DNA of 64,000 nucleotides from Negaprion brevirostris (taxonomy: Eukaryota), in NCBI GenBank assembly GCA_030324005.1, contig JARDVH010000073.1, positions 43,333,943 to 43,397,942 on the forward strand, in the 5' to 3' direction. Positions 38,531 to 51,639 of this stretch are shown one piece after another; position 1 is the stretch's first letter; the number at the start of each line of letters is the position of its first letter. The notes under the pieces were generated by a model. The model saw only the letters and a program-made list of their open reading frames with translations, had not been told where the DNA came from and did not search any database. Position numbers and translations under genes: made by a program.

Positions 38531-41199
38531 GATCTGGTTGCTCCAATTGAAGTCATTAGGTGGTCAATTACTAACCACTTAAGGACCATTTCCTGCACAG
38601 CCTCAATTCTCAGGTTGGCAGGAGGACCTCAGGGGTGGAGGAGGCCCAAAACTTAACGGTGTTGATGCCTTGGGTGGGAAGAGAAAAGAGGCTGCCTCCA
38701 TCAGCAGTCTCCTTTTAACATCAGAAACACCCCTCTTCCAAAAAGGTCTGACCCTTGGGGTTCCCTTTCCTCCTCAGTCCAGCCTCTCCTCTGACACCCT
38801 AACCACCTTTCTGTCCACATCTCACCATGCCCTCATCTTCCCTCCCCACCTTGAGATCCATAAAACTCCCCCTGGATTCAGGCTGCACAGACTGCTTACA
38901 GTGTTAGTGCTGGTCACTGCAGCTTCTGGTGGTGCAAGGACTAAAGAGCTGCTGACCAATCAGCTTGACCAATAGCTCTCTGAGATGGGACCTCCTTTTA
39001 TTGGAGGGGGGAGGCATGAAATTCCCATTCCAGCCATTTGGCTGCAAGACACCCAGGACGGGTCGGGGTGTGACTGCTGGTAAGTCTTCAAATGGCGGGT
39101 AGGGAAGTTCCATTGTCTAAAATATCCTGGCCTATATTGTTATTGTAGACTTCGTGACTTTTGTGAAAGTAATTTGTACTTAGTTTTGTATTTGAAATTT
39201 TATGAAGTTTGCCAAAAGAAATCTGCAAGCACAGATTTTTTATTTATTTTCAGTGACAACTGTGCGCTTAGATTTTAATCATCAAGTACTTTTTGAGGAT
39301 GTTAAGGGATAAATTAACCTTCTGTGCTAAGAGGTTTAAGATCAAATTCAGAATTTCCAACTTTAATATTAGTTTTGGCCATTGCGAATGCAAACTTGTT
39401 TATGAGGCTGTACTCATATTTCCTGCAACGTGATGGACTCGGGTCACAAAATAGAGGAAAACAAATAAATAAATGGATTTATTGAATTCATGAAATCACG
39501 ACAATTTTCTCTGACAACATCCACACAATTTTTTTTTCAAAAACAGATTGCTTTAAACAAACATGTTCACAAGTTTTTGGCTTCAGAAATAATTCCACTC
39601 ACGGTGACACAGACCAGTAAACTTTAAAGTCAACAGATGAATGAAAAGAATGGTGGAGTTAGAGATATCTGATAAGTTGATTCAGATATTATCCACACAA
39701 TTGCTTTATAGTTGCCAGACGGGATCAAATTATGATCAGACAAATTCACTTTATTCAGATGTTGTCATATTGTTGAAACAGGAATGATTGTAAAATCAAG
39801 AAGTGTTTGGAAGTTTCAAATCGAAAAATGAAGTTTGTTGTATGCAATTGCAGAGATGAATTTTAGTGACGCATGGATTTTCTTTGCTGACAGTTCGAAA
39901 CATGAACTTTCTGATTTATTTACTTTTGCTACAGGAACAGTAAACGAATGGATGGTTGGCATAGGCAACACTGTTTCTACTTCACTGCTTGCCAGATCCC
40001 CTCACATATGTTTAATATAACTACTTTAGACAGTTTCTTGTGTTACTTTAATTTTGTAAAGTTCAGTTTTGTGATGCCTGCTTTAACAGAAACAAACTAG
40101 TAAATCTTTGCCAAAATATACATTTACTCAACTCTGAAATGTAGTAATTAGAATGTTATAACTTATAAACTTTGACTGATAGGAGACACTTTTCTTAAAG
40201 GGAATCTCTCATCATTTCTTCATTTCAAACATATCAAAATGTTAACAATAATGATTGGGCAACAGATTAATCATCAGCAGGATTACCTAGTCCCACTGAA
40301 ACCAATGACAATTTGACAATTTGCACGGCGTGTCCATCCTGCTGCTGAGAAACCTGCAGTGAAGTTAACTTTGGCAAAACTGCAAGATCCCATCAGTGGG
40401 AAGGGCTGGAAAATCTTGGCCTCAAAATCAACGTCAGATAAGTATTAGGTTTAATCTTTATTACACACTAAGTTAACCAATCTCAGTCAATGGCGTGGGC
40501 ATTATTATTAGCTTCAAGGAGTATGAATACTCAGCAAGAATCCTATTCTTAATCTGCTGTAAAGCACGTTAATGATCACTAGGTGCAATATTAGGTTTGG
40601 CAAGTTTGCTTCTATGGCTCTCTAGCCAGCTGACACTACCTAGGTACATAATCTAGGTGAAACTTCAATGCAGCGCTGAAAGATTGCTGTACTATTGGAG
40701 ATGCCATATTTTGGATGAAGTGTTAAACAATCCCTTGCCTTGTAATTTAAATTTCAATTCATTTAATTATCATTCATGTACACTAAAGACAACAAGCAAT
40801 TGCAGAAGCTTTTTAATTTTTAATTGATCTTATGCTTATGCCATAAGAAATATGAAAAGAAACAGTAAAAGAACAAGTCTTGGCAAGGATCATTTAACAA
40901 AAAAAACTTAAAAATTGCAATTAAAATGACAAAAAAAGATTTGTTTCCTGCTGCGCCTGAAAATTTGCTTATAATGTTGAGACCACCCATCTCCTAATCC
41001 TCAACATCTCAGTTGGAAGATATTCATATTTTATGAATTAGGTATGGCTAGTGTCGTGGGCAGTGAAGGATGTAAAAGGTCAATAAGACGGGCTTATTTT
41101 AATTACTTGGGTAATATACTTCTGTCCAAAATTCCATGATCTTTTAGGCTACACATTTGATTTGTTTTCCAGTGTTTGCTTGATATACTGGCTTTAATA

Positions 41200-41690
41200 T
41201 CAAGTTTAGGGATAACAGAATCATGGGTGAGGGTTTCAGTAGCAGATAAGCTGAGGCAGGGTGCAGACAGGAAATGTTGTGAAGGTAGAAGCATGCAAGC
41301 TTGTTGATAGAACAGATACGTTATTGGAAGCTCATCTTTGGGTCAAATATGATGCCAAAATTGTACATGGCAGTGCAATATTGCACAATCATTCCGTCCA
41401 GACGATTTCCAGGAAGAGGGATGGTGTTGTTGTCTGGGGAACAGAGATTGTGTTGGAAGCCAAAGTCAGTGGCTTCAGTCTTGCCAATGTTTAGTTGAAG
41501 GAAATTTCTGCTCATCTGGTACTGAATGTCATACAAATGGGATGGAGCCAAGTCCCTGATGGACTTCAGAATTAATGGTGTCAGAGTGAGAAGAGGAGCT
41601 ATTGCAGGTGATTTTCTGGCTATCAATACTGCTTTATTTGGACACAAATGTAGGAATGACTCATCCTTTTGACTCACCACAATTGACACT
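41200..41690 (-). mobile_element. L2-clade LINE RT fragment
   Basis: MSRNFLQLNIGKTEA..FG...NFGIIFDPKMSF; ATETLTHDSVIPKLD. Confidence 0.75.
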
Positions 41691-42334
41691 ACAGGAGATC
41701 CATTAGCATGTGAAAATGTTCAAAGACAAAGAATAACATGTCATGTGTCATACATATAACAAATCAAATTATAGTATATATTGCAGAAATCCATCAACTG
41801 CCTCACATTCTTAGGGCTGCGGCAGATTACACAAGTATTTGGACAAGTCAGCCCTCTGTGAAATGTAATTTTTAAATGTTTAGCTTAACACTCTCAGTAA
41901 CAATTATCTTTGCAAGTTCAGATGTGGTTTAAAAACCTGCACGTGTGAAGTTGGTTTTGGGTGGTGTGAGAAACAGTTGATAATTAATAGGCAGCCCACT
42001 TTACACCCTGGCAGAATTTTTTTCTATTGCAGTTACTTGGACAGAGTTTGAAACAGGCTATGCATTCACTATTGTCTGGTTTAAATGAAGACCACTGCCT
42101 TCCTCCAGAAGTTTAGACAGTACTTAAAATAGCTTTGCCTATTAATAAATAGAAGGAGGAACACCCCAAACAGTTAAGCTCAGATTTGCATAGTCTGAGT
42201 TTATGCAAATATACATAAAATAACATTGGTGTCACAAATTTTCTTAGTTGTAAATTTCAGAAATAAATTGACATGTTCTGTAAATCAAAAGTAGGTCGAA
42301 AAGTTTAGGTTAAAAACAATGGATCACAACTATT

Positions 42335-42632
42335 TAGAATCACAGAATCCCTGCAGTGCAGAAGGAGGCCATTTGGCTCATTGAGCCTGCACCCACAACA
42401 ATCCTACCCAGGCCCCATCCCTGTACTTACCCTGCCAATCCTCCTGACAATAATGGTCAATTTAGATTGGCCAATCAACCTAACCCATACATCTTTGGAC
42501 TGTGAGAGGGAATCAGAGCACCCAGAGGAAACCCATGCAGACACAGGGAGAATGTGCAAACTCCACATAGATGGTTGTGCGAGGCTGGAATTGAATCCAG
42601 ATCCCAAGTGTTGTGAGGCACTGTGCACCGTG
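42335..42632 (-). mobile_element. HE1-type V-SINE
   Basis: Reverse complement of the 14411-14735 element (gaatccctgcagtgcagaaggaggccatttgg...ggaaacccatgcagacacagggagaatgtgcaaactccaca). Confidence 0.85.
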
Positions 42633-44069
42633 TTGTTTGTTTGATGAATTTAGCCTAAATACATTTTATTTTTTAAAAAATCACCCTGTAGACAGCAGAA
42701 GCATGTTTGTGCATGTACTACATGATCATTTTCTCTTGATAAAATACCTCTAAAAAGACAATTACAACATCCATCTTTTCATAACAGTCTGCTCTAAATC
42801 ATCTTGTCATGTACTCTGCACGGCCTCAATTTTATTGTAGCTTTGTTAACTATTTATAATGGCTTGCGTTGAAACACTTGATTAATTCCAAAGGTGATGA
42901 ATGCCATATTCCAGAAGCACTGGAACTTTTCCAGATCTGGGACTGTGAGCCAAAAGCATTTAGTACATCATTGTACCTAAGGGAGTAATATATACTTTTT
43001 ATTATTTCTGAAGAATTCTTGTTCTTTTTTTCAATAGTCTGTAACATTGCTCAAATAGCAATGTACGGAAACTGAAGTTTACTAATGAAGACTAAGAAAA
43101 ATGGGACATTTGTCTAATCACATTAATTACCATCATCAGAAAGTTCACTTTAGCTGTTAGATGCTTCCTGATCAAACATAACTTCATCAGGTCAGTTTAC
43201 TTTGAATGGGAGTCAATAGGTTTTTGCACCTTTCTAGCTGTTAAATGAAGCTTGTGGTAGAGCACAGTCTGCTTCTTGTTGGGATTTTCCAGACCATTGA
43301 CTAACAAACTGCATTTGAATAAGCAGTTAATTTGGCTTGTACCAGAACTGCAAAACACTTGACCCCTTTCTTCCTGCTGTTATACCAGTGTTATTCATTG
43401 GGCAATGGGTTGCCTCTCAAAGACATTTGTTTTTCACGTTTCTTTTCTAATGAAGGTTTTGGTCAGCCATTCTAAACCCCAATCCAATACAACAACCCAT
43501 ATCTTGAAGGATGCTAACACAATTCCAGCAATGACTTCTTTTGAATTAATGACTGTATCAAAAAAAATCAGTGACATGAGTGTACGTCTCCCCATAAGTG
43601 CCACGTCACCTAAACATAAACCCGTTAAAAATATAAGTGTACATCTAGACTCTTGATAACTCAAAAGATCTAATTTAGTTATTGACACAGATGCTCTCTG
43701 TGAATAATATTTTATTGGAAGCTTCAAAGTTATATGATATCAATTGGTTAGATCAATGATGAAGCAGGAAGCAAGGCTCATCCTTTTATGGCTGTTTAAA
43801 TATAACTTTTTTCATAGGCTAACTAACGATGGGGAGGAGGGTAATTTTTGAGCAGAATCCTGATCTGCAGAAGATGATCTTATTTGTTTGCATTTGAAAG
43901 AAATGCAATTATTAGTGCTTGAATACCATATCTTCGGTTGCATTATGCCTTGTGAAAATAGTTTCTCAAGAAAAGCAATTTTATTGAATTGGAAGTGTTG
44001 ATGGGGTGATGATTTGTTCCACACACTACATTCAATTAAACTGTAAAACAATTTATGGAACAGGCTGAA

Positions 44070-44641
44070 AGGAAGAAAGAACATTTCTCTAGCACTATTC
44101 ATGACCTCAGGATATTTCAAAACACTTTACAGCCAATAAAGTACTTTTGAAGTCTAGTTACTGCTCTAATGTATGAAATGTGGCAGCCAAACTGCAGACA
44201 GCAAGCCCTCACAAACAACTATATGATAATCCACAGATTTTTTTTAATATATGGGGGGCAGTTTGCCCATCATGCCTGCCACAGGAATTGCAGCGAGCGG
44301 GTAGCGGATCATGCAAAGCTCCATTGATTTCGGGCGGGATTCTCCAGTTTTGGGGCGATCACGGCCGGAGAATCCCACCTATGATGTTGGATGAGATTTA
44401 GATATTGGCCAGGATAGTGGAAAGATCTCACTTGCTTTTCTGTGAATTAGCACCAGGGGATCATTTGCACCCTGAAAGGGCAGACAAGACCTATGTAATC
44501 TCAAAAATAGGATCTCTGACAGTGCAGCATTCATTCATTACTGTACTGAAATGTCAGCCAAGATTTTATGCTCATATGTCTAGGGTGGAATTTGAATTTA
44601 CACTGTTTTGAGTTAGAACACTACCATTCTGCCACAGCCGA
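44070..44641 (-). mobile_element. DeuSINE (SacSINE1-like), near full length, with a nested insert
   Basis: caaaacactttacagccaataaagtacttttgaagt...gcagccaaactgcagacagcaagcc...tattggccagga...tctgacagtgcagcat...tactgaaatgtcagcc, ending in a tRNA-like head on the minus strand. Confidence 0.7.
44253..44379. mobile_element. Short MITE-like insertion inside the DeuSINE
   Basis: CpG-rich 127-nt island with a gggcgggattctcc / ggagaatcccacc inverted motif, flanked by tat(g) on both sides. Confidence 0.6.
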
Positions 44642-44664
44642 TATTACAATTCTATAGTTCTTTT

Positions 44665-45022
44665 AAAAATTTATTCATTTGCAGGATGCGGAGGTCTCTG
44701 GCTGGACCCAGCATTTATTGCCCGTCTCTAATTGTCCTCCTGATGCAGAGGGCATTTGAGATCCAATCACATTGCTGTGGCTCTGGAGTCACATGTAGGC
44801 CATACCAGGTGAGGATGGCAGGTTTCTGATCTAATTTCCTAAAGGACATTAGTGAGCCTGATGGATCTTTTACAACAATTGACAATGATTTCATGATCAT
44901 CATTAGACTTGTAATTCCACTTCACCATTTGCTGTGGTAGGATTTGAACCCAGGTCCTCAGAGCGTTACTCTGGGTTTCTGGATTCTTGTCTAGTGACAA
45001 TCGCATTACATCACCACCTTCC
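44665..45022 (-). mobile_element. tRNA-head SINE with a LINE-derived tail (gggcaataaatgctgg family)
   Basis: Minus strand: ggtgatgtaatg..gtcactagac...gggttcaaatcc head; body gaaacctgccatcctcacctgg..ggcctacatgtgactccag; tail caattagagacgggcaataaatgctgg...gaataaat. Confidence 0.75.
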
Positions 45023-45307
45023 CTCATTGATGCATATAATTAAAAAGATTTGTAAATATTAAAAGGCAAAAAATAAGGAGTAAAGCAGGATAGATGAACA
45101 AAGGCAAGAAGGAAAATCAGTGCTTGTAATTTTCTTTTTCGCTTGGTATTTTAAGACAGCCTTCATACAATAACTGACAATCTTATAATAAATATTCTAT
45201 GACATGTCAAGGAGTTCATGGCAACCCAATATCCAAAATAAATGAGAACACTGCTTTGACCAGAGATAAGAAGGTACAAGTATTATTAATTTTTCATAAT
45301 AATTCTT

Positions 45308-45990
45308 GGGGCAGAACTTTCCTCCTCTACCAGCAACTGTGGCGGGAGGGGGAGCAAGATTTGGCAAGAGGCCAAAATTCAGTTTTTGGACGACGGGAAA
45401 TTATTTTGGGATCTTGCTCACCCATCTCTCACAGAGGCTTAAAGGTGGGTCGTGTCCCTCGGGTCGATGTCAAGAACCCTGTTTTCATCTCAGAAATTCT
45501 TGTTAAAAGCCTAACTCACCAGGATCTTGTCCCCCGTCTAAATTTAATGCCCTGCCAGTGGGAATTTAGAATGTTCTGTTTCACCACTGTATGTGGGTGG
45601 GACTTGAAAACTGGAGCTTATCACATGATGGCAGGGTGGGGTGGCCACTTCCTGCCCACCACCACCAACCCCTCACCCAACCACAACCTCTGAGTTCTTG
45701 CTGCTGTACAATTACTGAGCTGAACAGTGCAAGGTCCATGTGTTCAGCAGTCCCAATTGCTACCCAAAGTCACACTGACCTTTGCTTCTGCCACTGACCC
45801 CTTACTAACGCTGACTCCCCGCTGCAGTTCCCTGGCAGTGGAAGTGCAAACAACGGGAAACCCCCATTGATGGTGGAGAGGCAGGAAGATGCTGCCACCG
45901 GCCAATAGCAGGCCACCTCCCTGCCACAAAACCCCCAGGGGGAGGGGTGTAAAATCCTGCCCTTAGTCCCTGGAATGGAAAATTCTACCT
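45308..45990. mobile_element. MITE-like / Harbinger-related non-autonomous element(s)
   Basis: Begins ggggcagaactttcc; ends aaaatcctgccc and ggaaaattctacc (inverted motif, possibly nested termini). Confidence 0.45.
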
Positions 45991-47959
45991 TTAGTTTTAC
46001 AAGAACATTATCTCATAATGGAAAGTACAATTTGCTTGCTGGCGATGAGAAAATGTACTGCAATATATGTGTGTCTAGCACATTGCTGTATTCCACTGGG
46101 GAACAATCTCTTGAATTACTATAGCAAGTTATATGGTGCAGTATATTGTAGTTTTGATCTCACAATCATCTGTAATATCCTTTCAATTTCTGTCCATAAC
46201 ATTGCCCCAAAGTATTCTATGTATCTGCTATAGAACAGCTTATTTTAAAATAAATGGAGAATAGTTTATACATTGTAAAAAGGTAACAAATTTCTAACTT
46301 AAGGAGAAAACTGAGACTTCCGAGTTTGCAATGGTCATGAATTTTACTCGCATGTTTATGATGCAAATACTGAAGACAGGATTACCGCCTTGTAGCTCAG
46401 CACCAGCCATCTATTAACCTGTGCTTCATGAAAGTGATAGTGCCATATAAAGTTGAATTATTTCAACAAGGGCCTTTAACTAGTTTTCAAACAAAAAACA
46501 GCCAAGACCAATAAATGTGATAAAATGTCACACAGCAGGAAATATTTGTGGTTAATATTTCACAGTAGCCATTAAATTTGCAACATTATACTCACACAAT
46601 AAAATGCTCTAAACAATAGTCACAGTTTTATGACTCGATCAATTTCAATGCAATGGTTTCCAATAGTGTTATAGAATACAATCTGCTATAGGACCATTCA
46701 TAATCTGCTGTACTTTTAGCTATCACTAAAGACATTTGATTCAGCTAGAAAGAAGAAAGCATTTGCACGTAAGTTCAACTTCTCAATCCATCAGTTCATC
46801 CCAAAACAATCTGCCGATGACCATTTTTAGTCAAGTTACATTCGACTTTGAGAAGTCCATTCACTTGTTATGCAAGCAAATCACAGGCCTGAATTTGTCA
46901 CCCATCAGCGTGTGCACTTAATCGGTCTGGAAGCAGGCATGGAACACTCTGCCAGCCATGATCAACCCCAGAATGCAATTTCATGCTGGTTGGTCTATTA
47001 CTGAGCAACCGACGTGAAACATGAGCTGTTAAAGGCTGAGCGCTAACATGGGAGGACAGGCCCTGGAAAAGGGGGTGTGTGAGGTGGTGCTCCCAAACTG
47101 GTCCCTCAAGGGGACAGTTGCAGTGGAGCTGTCTCAGGGAGATGCAGATCTGTGAAAAGCAAATAGCAATGGAAAAACTATACAAAGTGTGTTGAGGCAG
47201 CACAGTCATATGCAAATCTTAGTCCCAAGACACATTTGTTAATTTTATTTGCACTCTGACTTTAATCCCACCCTGGACCAAAGTCTCAGCTTAAATGTAA
47301 AGGCTGTCTGGCCAATCAGGCCAACTGCCAACCTTAAGACGGCCTGGCTTGTAAGATTGCAATCAATTGGCACCTTAAAGGGCTCATTTGACTGCTTGTT
47401 GGTGGGCAACCAAAATGTCCTGCGAGTATGTGATGATGTCGGGAACTGTGCCAATATCTTCTCGCGTGATTTCATGTGTTCACCCACTCACCCACAATTC
47501 ACATGCAAAATTCTTGCCATAGTCCCACAAACAACAAAATAAATAGCCTGTTAATCTGGTGTTTATTCTGGTGCATGGGAAATCTTTTGCTGAGACACTT
47601 ATATTTCAAATATGACTACAAGACATTTACATGCAGCCGGTTGGATCAGTTTAGATCTTAGTTTAATATTACACATCCAATAGTGTATAAATTTTTGTCA
47701 GTTCTGCTCTGACATACCAGCCTAGATTTTGGAGAGAATTTTCCCAGCTCAGTGGAAGCAGGATCCTGAGCTTGTGGGATGGAAAAATCCTGAAAAATTA
47801 CATGAAGTTGAGATTCATAAATCACCACAGAATGTGGGTGAAATTGGGCTCCAAGTTAGCACAGTGCAAATTATAGGCTATGTATTTATTGATATCAGTT
47901 CGACTGTCAAATAGCAGTGTAATATCTAATGTTGTCTCTGGATCACCTCNNNNNNNNNN

Positions 47960-48075
47960 TGTCACCCTACCCTTCTCATGGGCTTCCTCCTCCATTGTGG
48001 TCAAGATGACCATGGCTGCAGCTCCACTGCCAGTTCTCTGCCTCTCCCTGAAGTTGTGGGCTCTCTTCTTGTTTA
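47960..48075 (-). pseudogene. Relic of a PIF/Harbinger Myb/SANT-like (NAIF1-type) ORF1
   Basis: KKRAHNFRERQRTGSGAAAMVILTTMEEEA fits the K..HN.RE..RTGGG....LT..EE pattern found after the Myb/SANT helix of Harbinger DNA-binding proteins. Confidence 0.55.
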
Positions 48076-49551
48076 ATGATAAGAGGTAATGGTTAGGAGT
48101 GTGAGGAAGGAACTGATTGCTGAGGATGGAGAGTCGACATTTGAGGAGGGTAAGGCTTGTACCACAAACAAGGGCACTGCCAGTGAGCCAAACCCAAAAG
48201 TGAATTGATACTAGAAGTGAATTTATATTTGACAGGCTTAGTGTTTGCAACATTAAAATTTTATCTTTGAAATGCAACATTAACCAACAGCTGTGAGCAG
48301 TAAACAGAACCAAAGCCGGAGCCAAGCAAATATCAAGTCACACCAGCTTGGAGCCAATCATATTTGCTGCTTGGCTCCAAAGTATTTTGTCAAGATGACT
48401 TGTTATTTCTTTGCAATGATTTGGAGCTAAGAAATGAACATATGAATTCTATCAACTTGTTTAATTACTGGAGAGGAGAGGTCAGCATAAACCTACCATG
48501 TGGTCCTGACTTCAAACAGCAATTGCATTTTACAAATGGGGTCAATTTAGCAATCCTTGGTTTGACTTTTGGAGCCAACAAAAAAATTCAGCTGGAGGCA
48601 AAATTGGCCCCCTGATTCCAGTTTCCCAATTTGGCCGATGCGTAAATTGCGAAAGTACTTTTCTCTCTCTACTGTGTTCTCACAGTAATCACAAATCAGC
48701 TGTGCAGTTTACTAATTAATATGCTATAAGAAAAAAATGTAGAAATTTCCAAGAAAAATCCTGTGCATACTTGTCTTCAAAAATATTTCTTGTTTAAGGA
48801 CATCATTACAGTACCTTAATTTGCATAACAAACCAACTTTTCACTCAAAAGATACTTGTACCAGTTCATATTATTCTAAAAGCTACTGTTCGGTATTATT
48901 CCCAAGGTTTTGTGTCAGGAAGATCCCAGGGGTGGGGTGGGATGGGGAGAGGAGATTGTCCCTGGCTCTGCCATGCAAAATCAGGGTGAAAGCAGCCCAG
49001 AAATTGCAGGGAGAAACTTGTTGCGCTTTTTCTGCTTCCAGTCTGAGTGGCACTAATCTGAAAGAGACCTCAGCATTGCATGGTTAGGGCCACTGCCAGT
49101 TTCAGAGAGTAAGCACATTTAATATAATATCAGGGTCTATCAATGCAATGGAAATTCAGGCAAGATGTGTATGAGCAATTGATCAGCTTCTGCCAGTTTT
49201 CTAACCAGTTTTGAAAGTTAGAATCTAACCCGTTGTTGTATTTTGACAAAATGCCAGCAAAAATGTTTTCTTTGAATTCCGAGCTAAAATAAGCAATTGG
49301 TTTATAGTCTTGAGCTGCACATGGCACATTAATGCAGGTGTTAGAGATCTCACTGTGACATGGGCCTGGCTATAAAATGCTGCACACATTATAGCGAAAA
49401 TTAACTGAAGCCTTTAATGTTAACAAGCAAACAAAATATTTTCTCTATATTTTGAACAAGAGTTTTCAGAGATAGAATCAGCTTAGAGGTTTGCAAAGCT
49501 ACCTCATTTTTGATTGCAATGGGGCAAGTTACAATTAAGATGGAGACTTAC

Positions 49552-49674
49552 CTTGACAGGATCGCTCATCTGTCAGCAGCTTGTAGCCTTTTCGACAACT
49601 GCACTCAAAGCTGCCAACCGTATTCCTACAGAAATGGTCACATCCGCCATTATTTACTAAGCACTCATCAATAT
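49552..49674 (-). CDS. SCUBE1: SCUBE1 coding exon, calcium-binding EGF-like repeat (EGF7 by human numbering)
   Basis: Minus strand reads ttacag|AT ATT GAT GAG TGC...TCC TGT CAA G|gtaagt; 123 nt, phase 1-1. Encodes (D)[40 protein letters not shown], nearly identical to vertebrate SCUBE1 as I recall it. Confidence 0.95.
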
Positions 49675-51290
49675 CTGTAAGTGGAGAAAGCATATAAGTG
49701 TAGAAGATATTAATACCAAATTCTGATATAAGCACATAGACAACATTTGAACCAGAAGTGGATTCATTCTGACAGCATTACCTCTCATTTTACATTATGT
49801 TCAACAAATATTTCCAGATGTAACAGGTATATTGTGGGGCCCACAATTTGCTATCTTCCACTGCTGTTTAGATTTCAGTGTACCAACAATAACTATTATT
49901 CAAAACTCATGATCACAATTTCAGGTTTCTAGCTCGAGACATTTTCCAAGTATAAATTCAGATTTCTGATCTGTCCAGACTGATAGAATGTTCCAGAACA
50001 TCTTTAGTGTGGTAGCTCAAAGGAAACCTGCCATCCCTATCCAGCATGGGATGTATATGCCTCTAACCTCACACCAAGGCAGTGGGCTCGCTCGCAAGCT
50101 GCTCAGTCAAACCAAACTTTTACTGGGAAACTGGCCAAGAGCAATAAATGCCTTGCAAGGGACACCCCACCTTGAGAATGATTTTCAAAAAATAATACAT
50201 GGTTAGGGGCGATACAGGAGACATTGTGGTAAGGATGCACAGCATTCTTCACTCACCCATTTATTATATACAGACCACTTTATTATCTGGTGTCTATTTA
50301 AGTTTCAATTGGATGAGAGAAGAAGTCATAAGTGCATTGAAAATTATTTACTTGGGTGTATTTATCTGGACCCTGAAAGGCATCATTCAGTTTACTTCAG
50401 ATTCCAAGACTAACTGTTAATTAATGAAGAGAATGGAGAAAAATTTGGATAAGGCCCAAAAACAGGTACAGGGTCATGATGTGAAAATCTGTCTGTTGTG
50501 ATGCTTTTCCTGCCTCCTTCACTGGAACACTTCCTTTTTCCAGACAATCAAGAATTGCTACTCGACCAGGCAGTGATGCAGGATTGTTTAAGTGCATGAG
50601 GAAGAAGAGATGATGATGATATGAAACTCCATCATTCAATCTCACAGCTCCTACCTCAGTATGTCATCAGTCGCCCTTCATTACAGCCACTTTGCCAGTG
50701 CCTTGACTGTTGCCATACATGCCAAAATGGTTCAGGCCTCAACAGATCCTTTAGGCCCAAAGGTGGTCAAATTTATCCTGTAATCTCTTCCACTGAAAAT
50801 CAGCACTTGTCATAGAATAGCACTGCATAGCAGCACTAGGCCAGGAAATGACATACAGAAGACAAGTGGTGAGGGAATTTGCAAGAGTGATTAGTTGACT
50901 TTTGTATGTAATATTGGATTTATTTCATATGGTTGGTTTAAAATGGTTGTTTTGTGGCTGATTTTATTTCAACATTAAGGTATTCATTAAGAAGTTGTTG
51001 CAATGGTCAGTGACAGTTTGATTAATACTAAATGGGGCATTGACATTTTCTGAACTGATACTGCAGCCAGGTGAGTCAGTTGTGGGCAGCCTGGCCAGAA
51101 AGGGGATGATGGTGACCTCCTCCCTTTCTCACTATACAACTGATGCAAAAGCTGCGCCCTCATGATGGCAATTTGTGCATTATACAGCAGCCCATGATGA
51201 ATTTTGACTTGTTCTAGCCAGATTATAGAGTTAATCCAGAACATTCTAGGCAACTGAGTCATTGCATTGGCATGCTGGTTGCCATTCCAT

Positions 51291-51437
51291 GAGGAGGCAG
51301 TGGTGTAGTTGTACTGTCACTGGACTAATAATCTAGAGAGTTTGGGTAATATTCTGGGGATTTGGGTACCTGTGGTAATTAAGGATGGGCAATAAATGCT
51401 GGTGTGGCTAGCGACACCCATATCCAATGAAAAAAAT
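51291..51437 (+). mobile_element. Internally deleted SINE (head fused to tail) of the 44665-45022 family
   Basis: ggcagtggtgtagttgtactgtcactggactaataatc head joined directly to ggtaattaaggatgggcaataaatgctgg..gcgacacccatatcc tail. Confidence 0.7.
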
Positions 51438-51639
51438 CAATGTGGCAGCAGCATTTTCATTATGTGTGTTGTCTACATGTGCTCAGCAAATTGCTCTTGT
51501 TGCTCAGTGTTCATCTTCTGGTTTGTTGTGCTGGCTTGTGATACAACATTGTAGTCAGTGACCAGGGGGTAGTAGGGACCAATTGGCTTCAGTCATCCCT
51601 TAGTTAGAAGGGAGTCCTGCTGGATCATGTGCTGGATGT

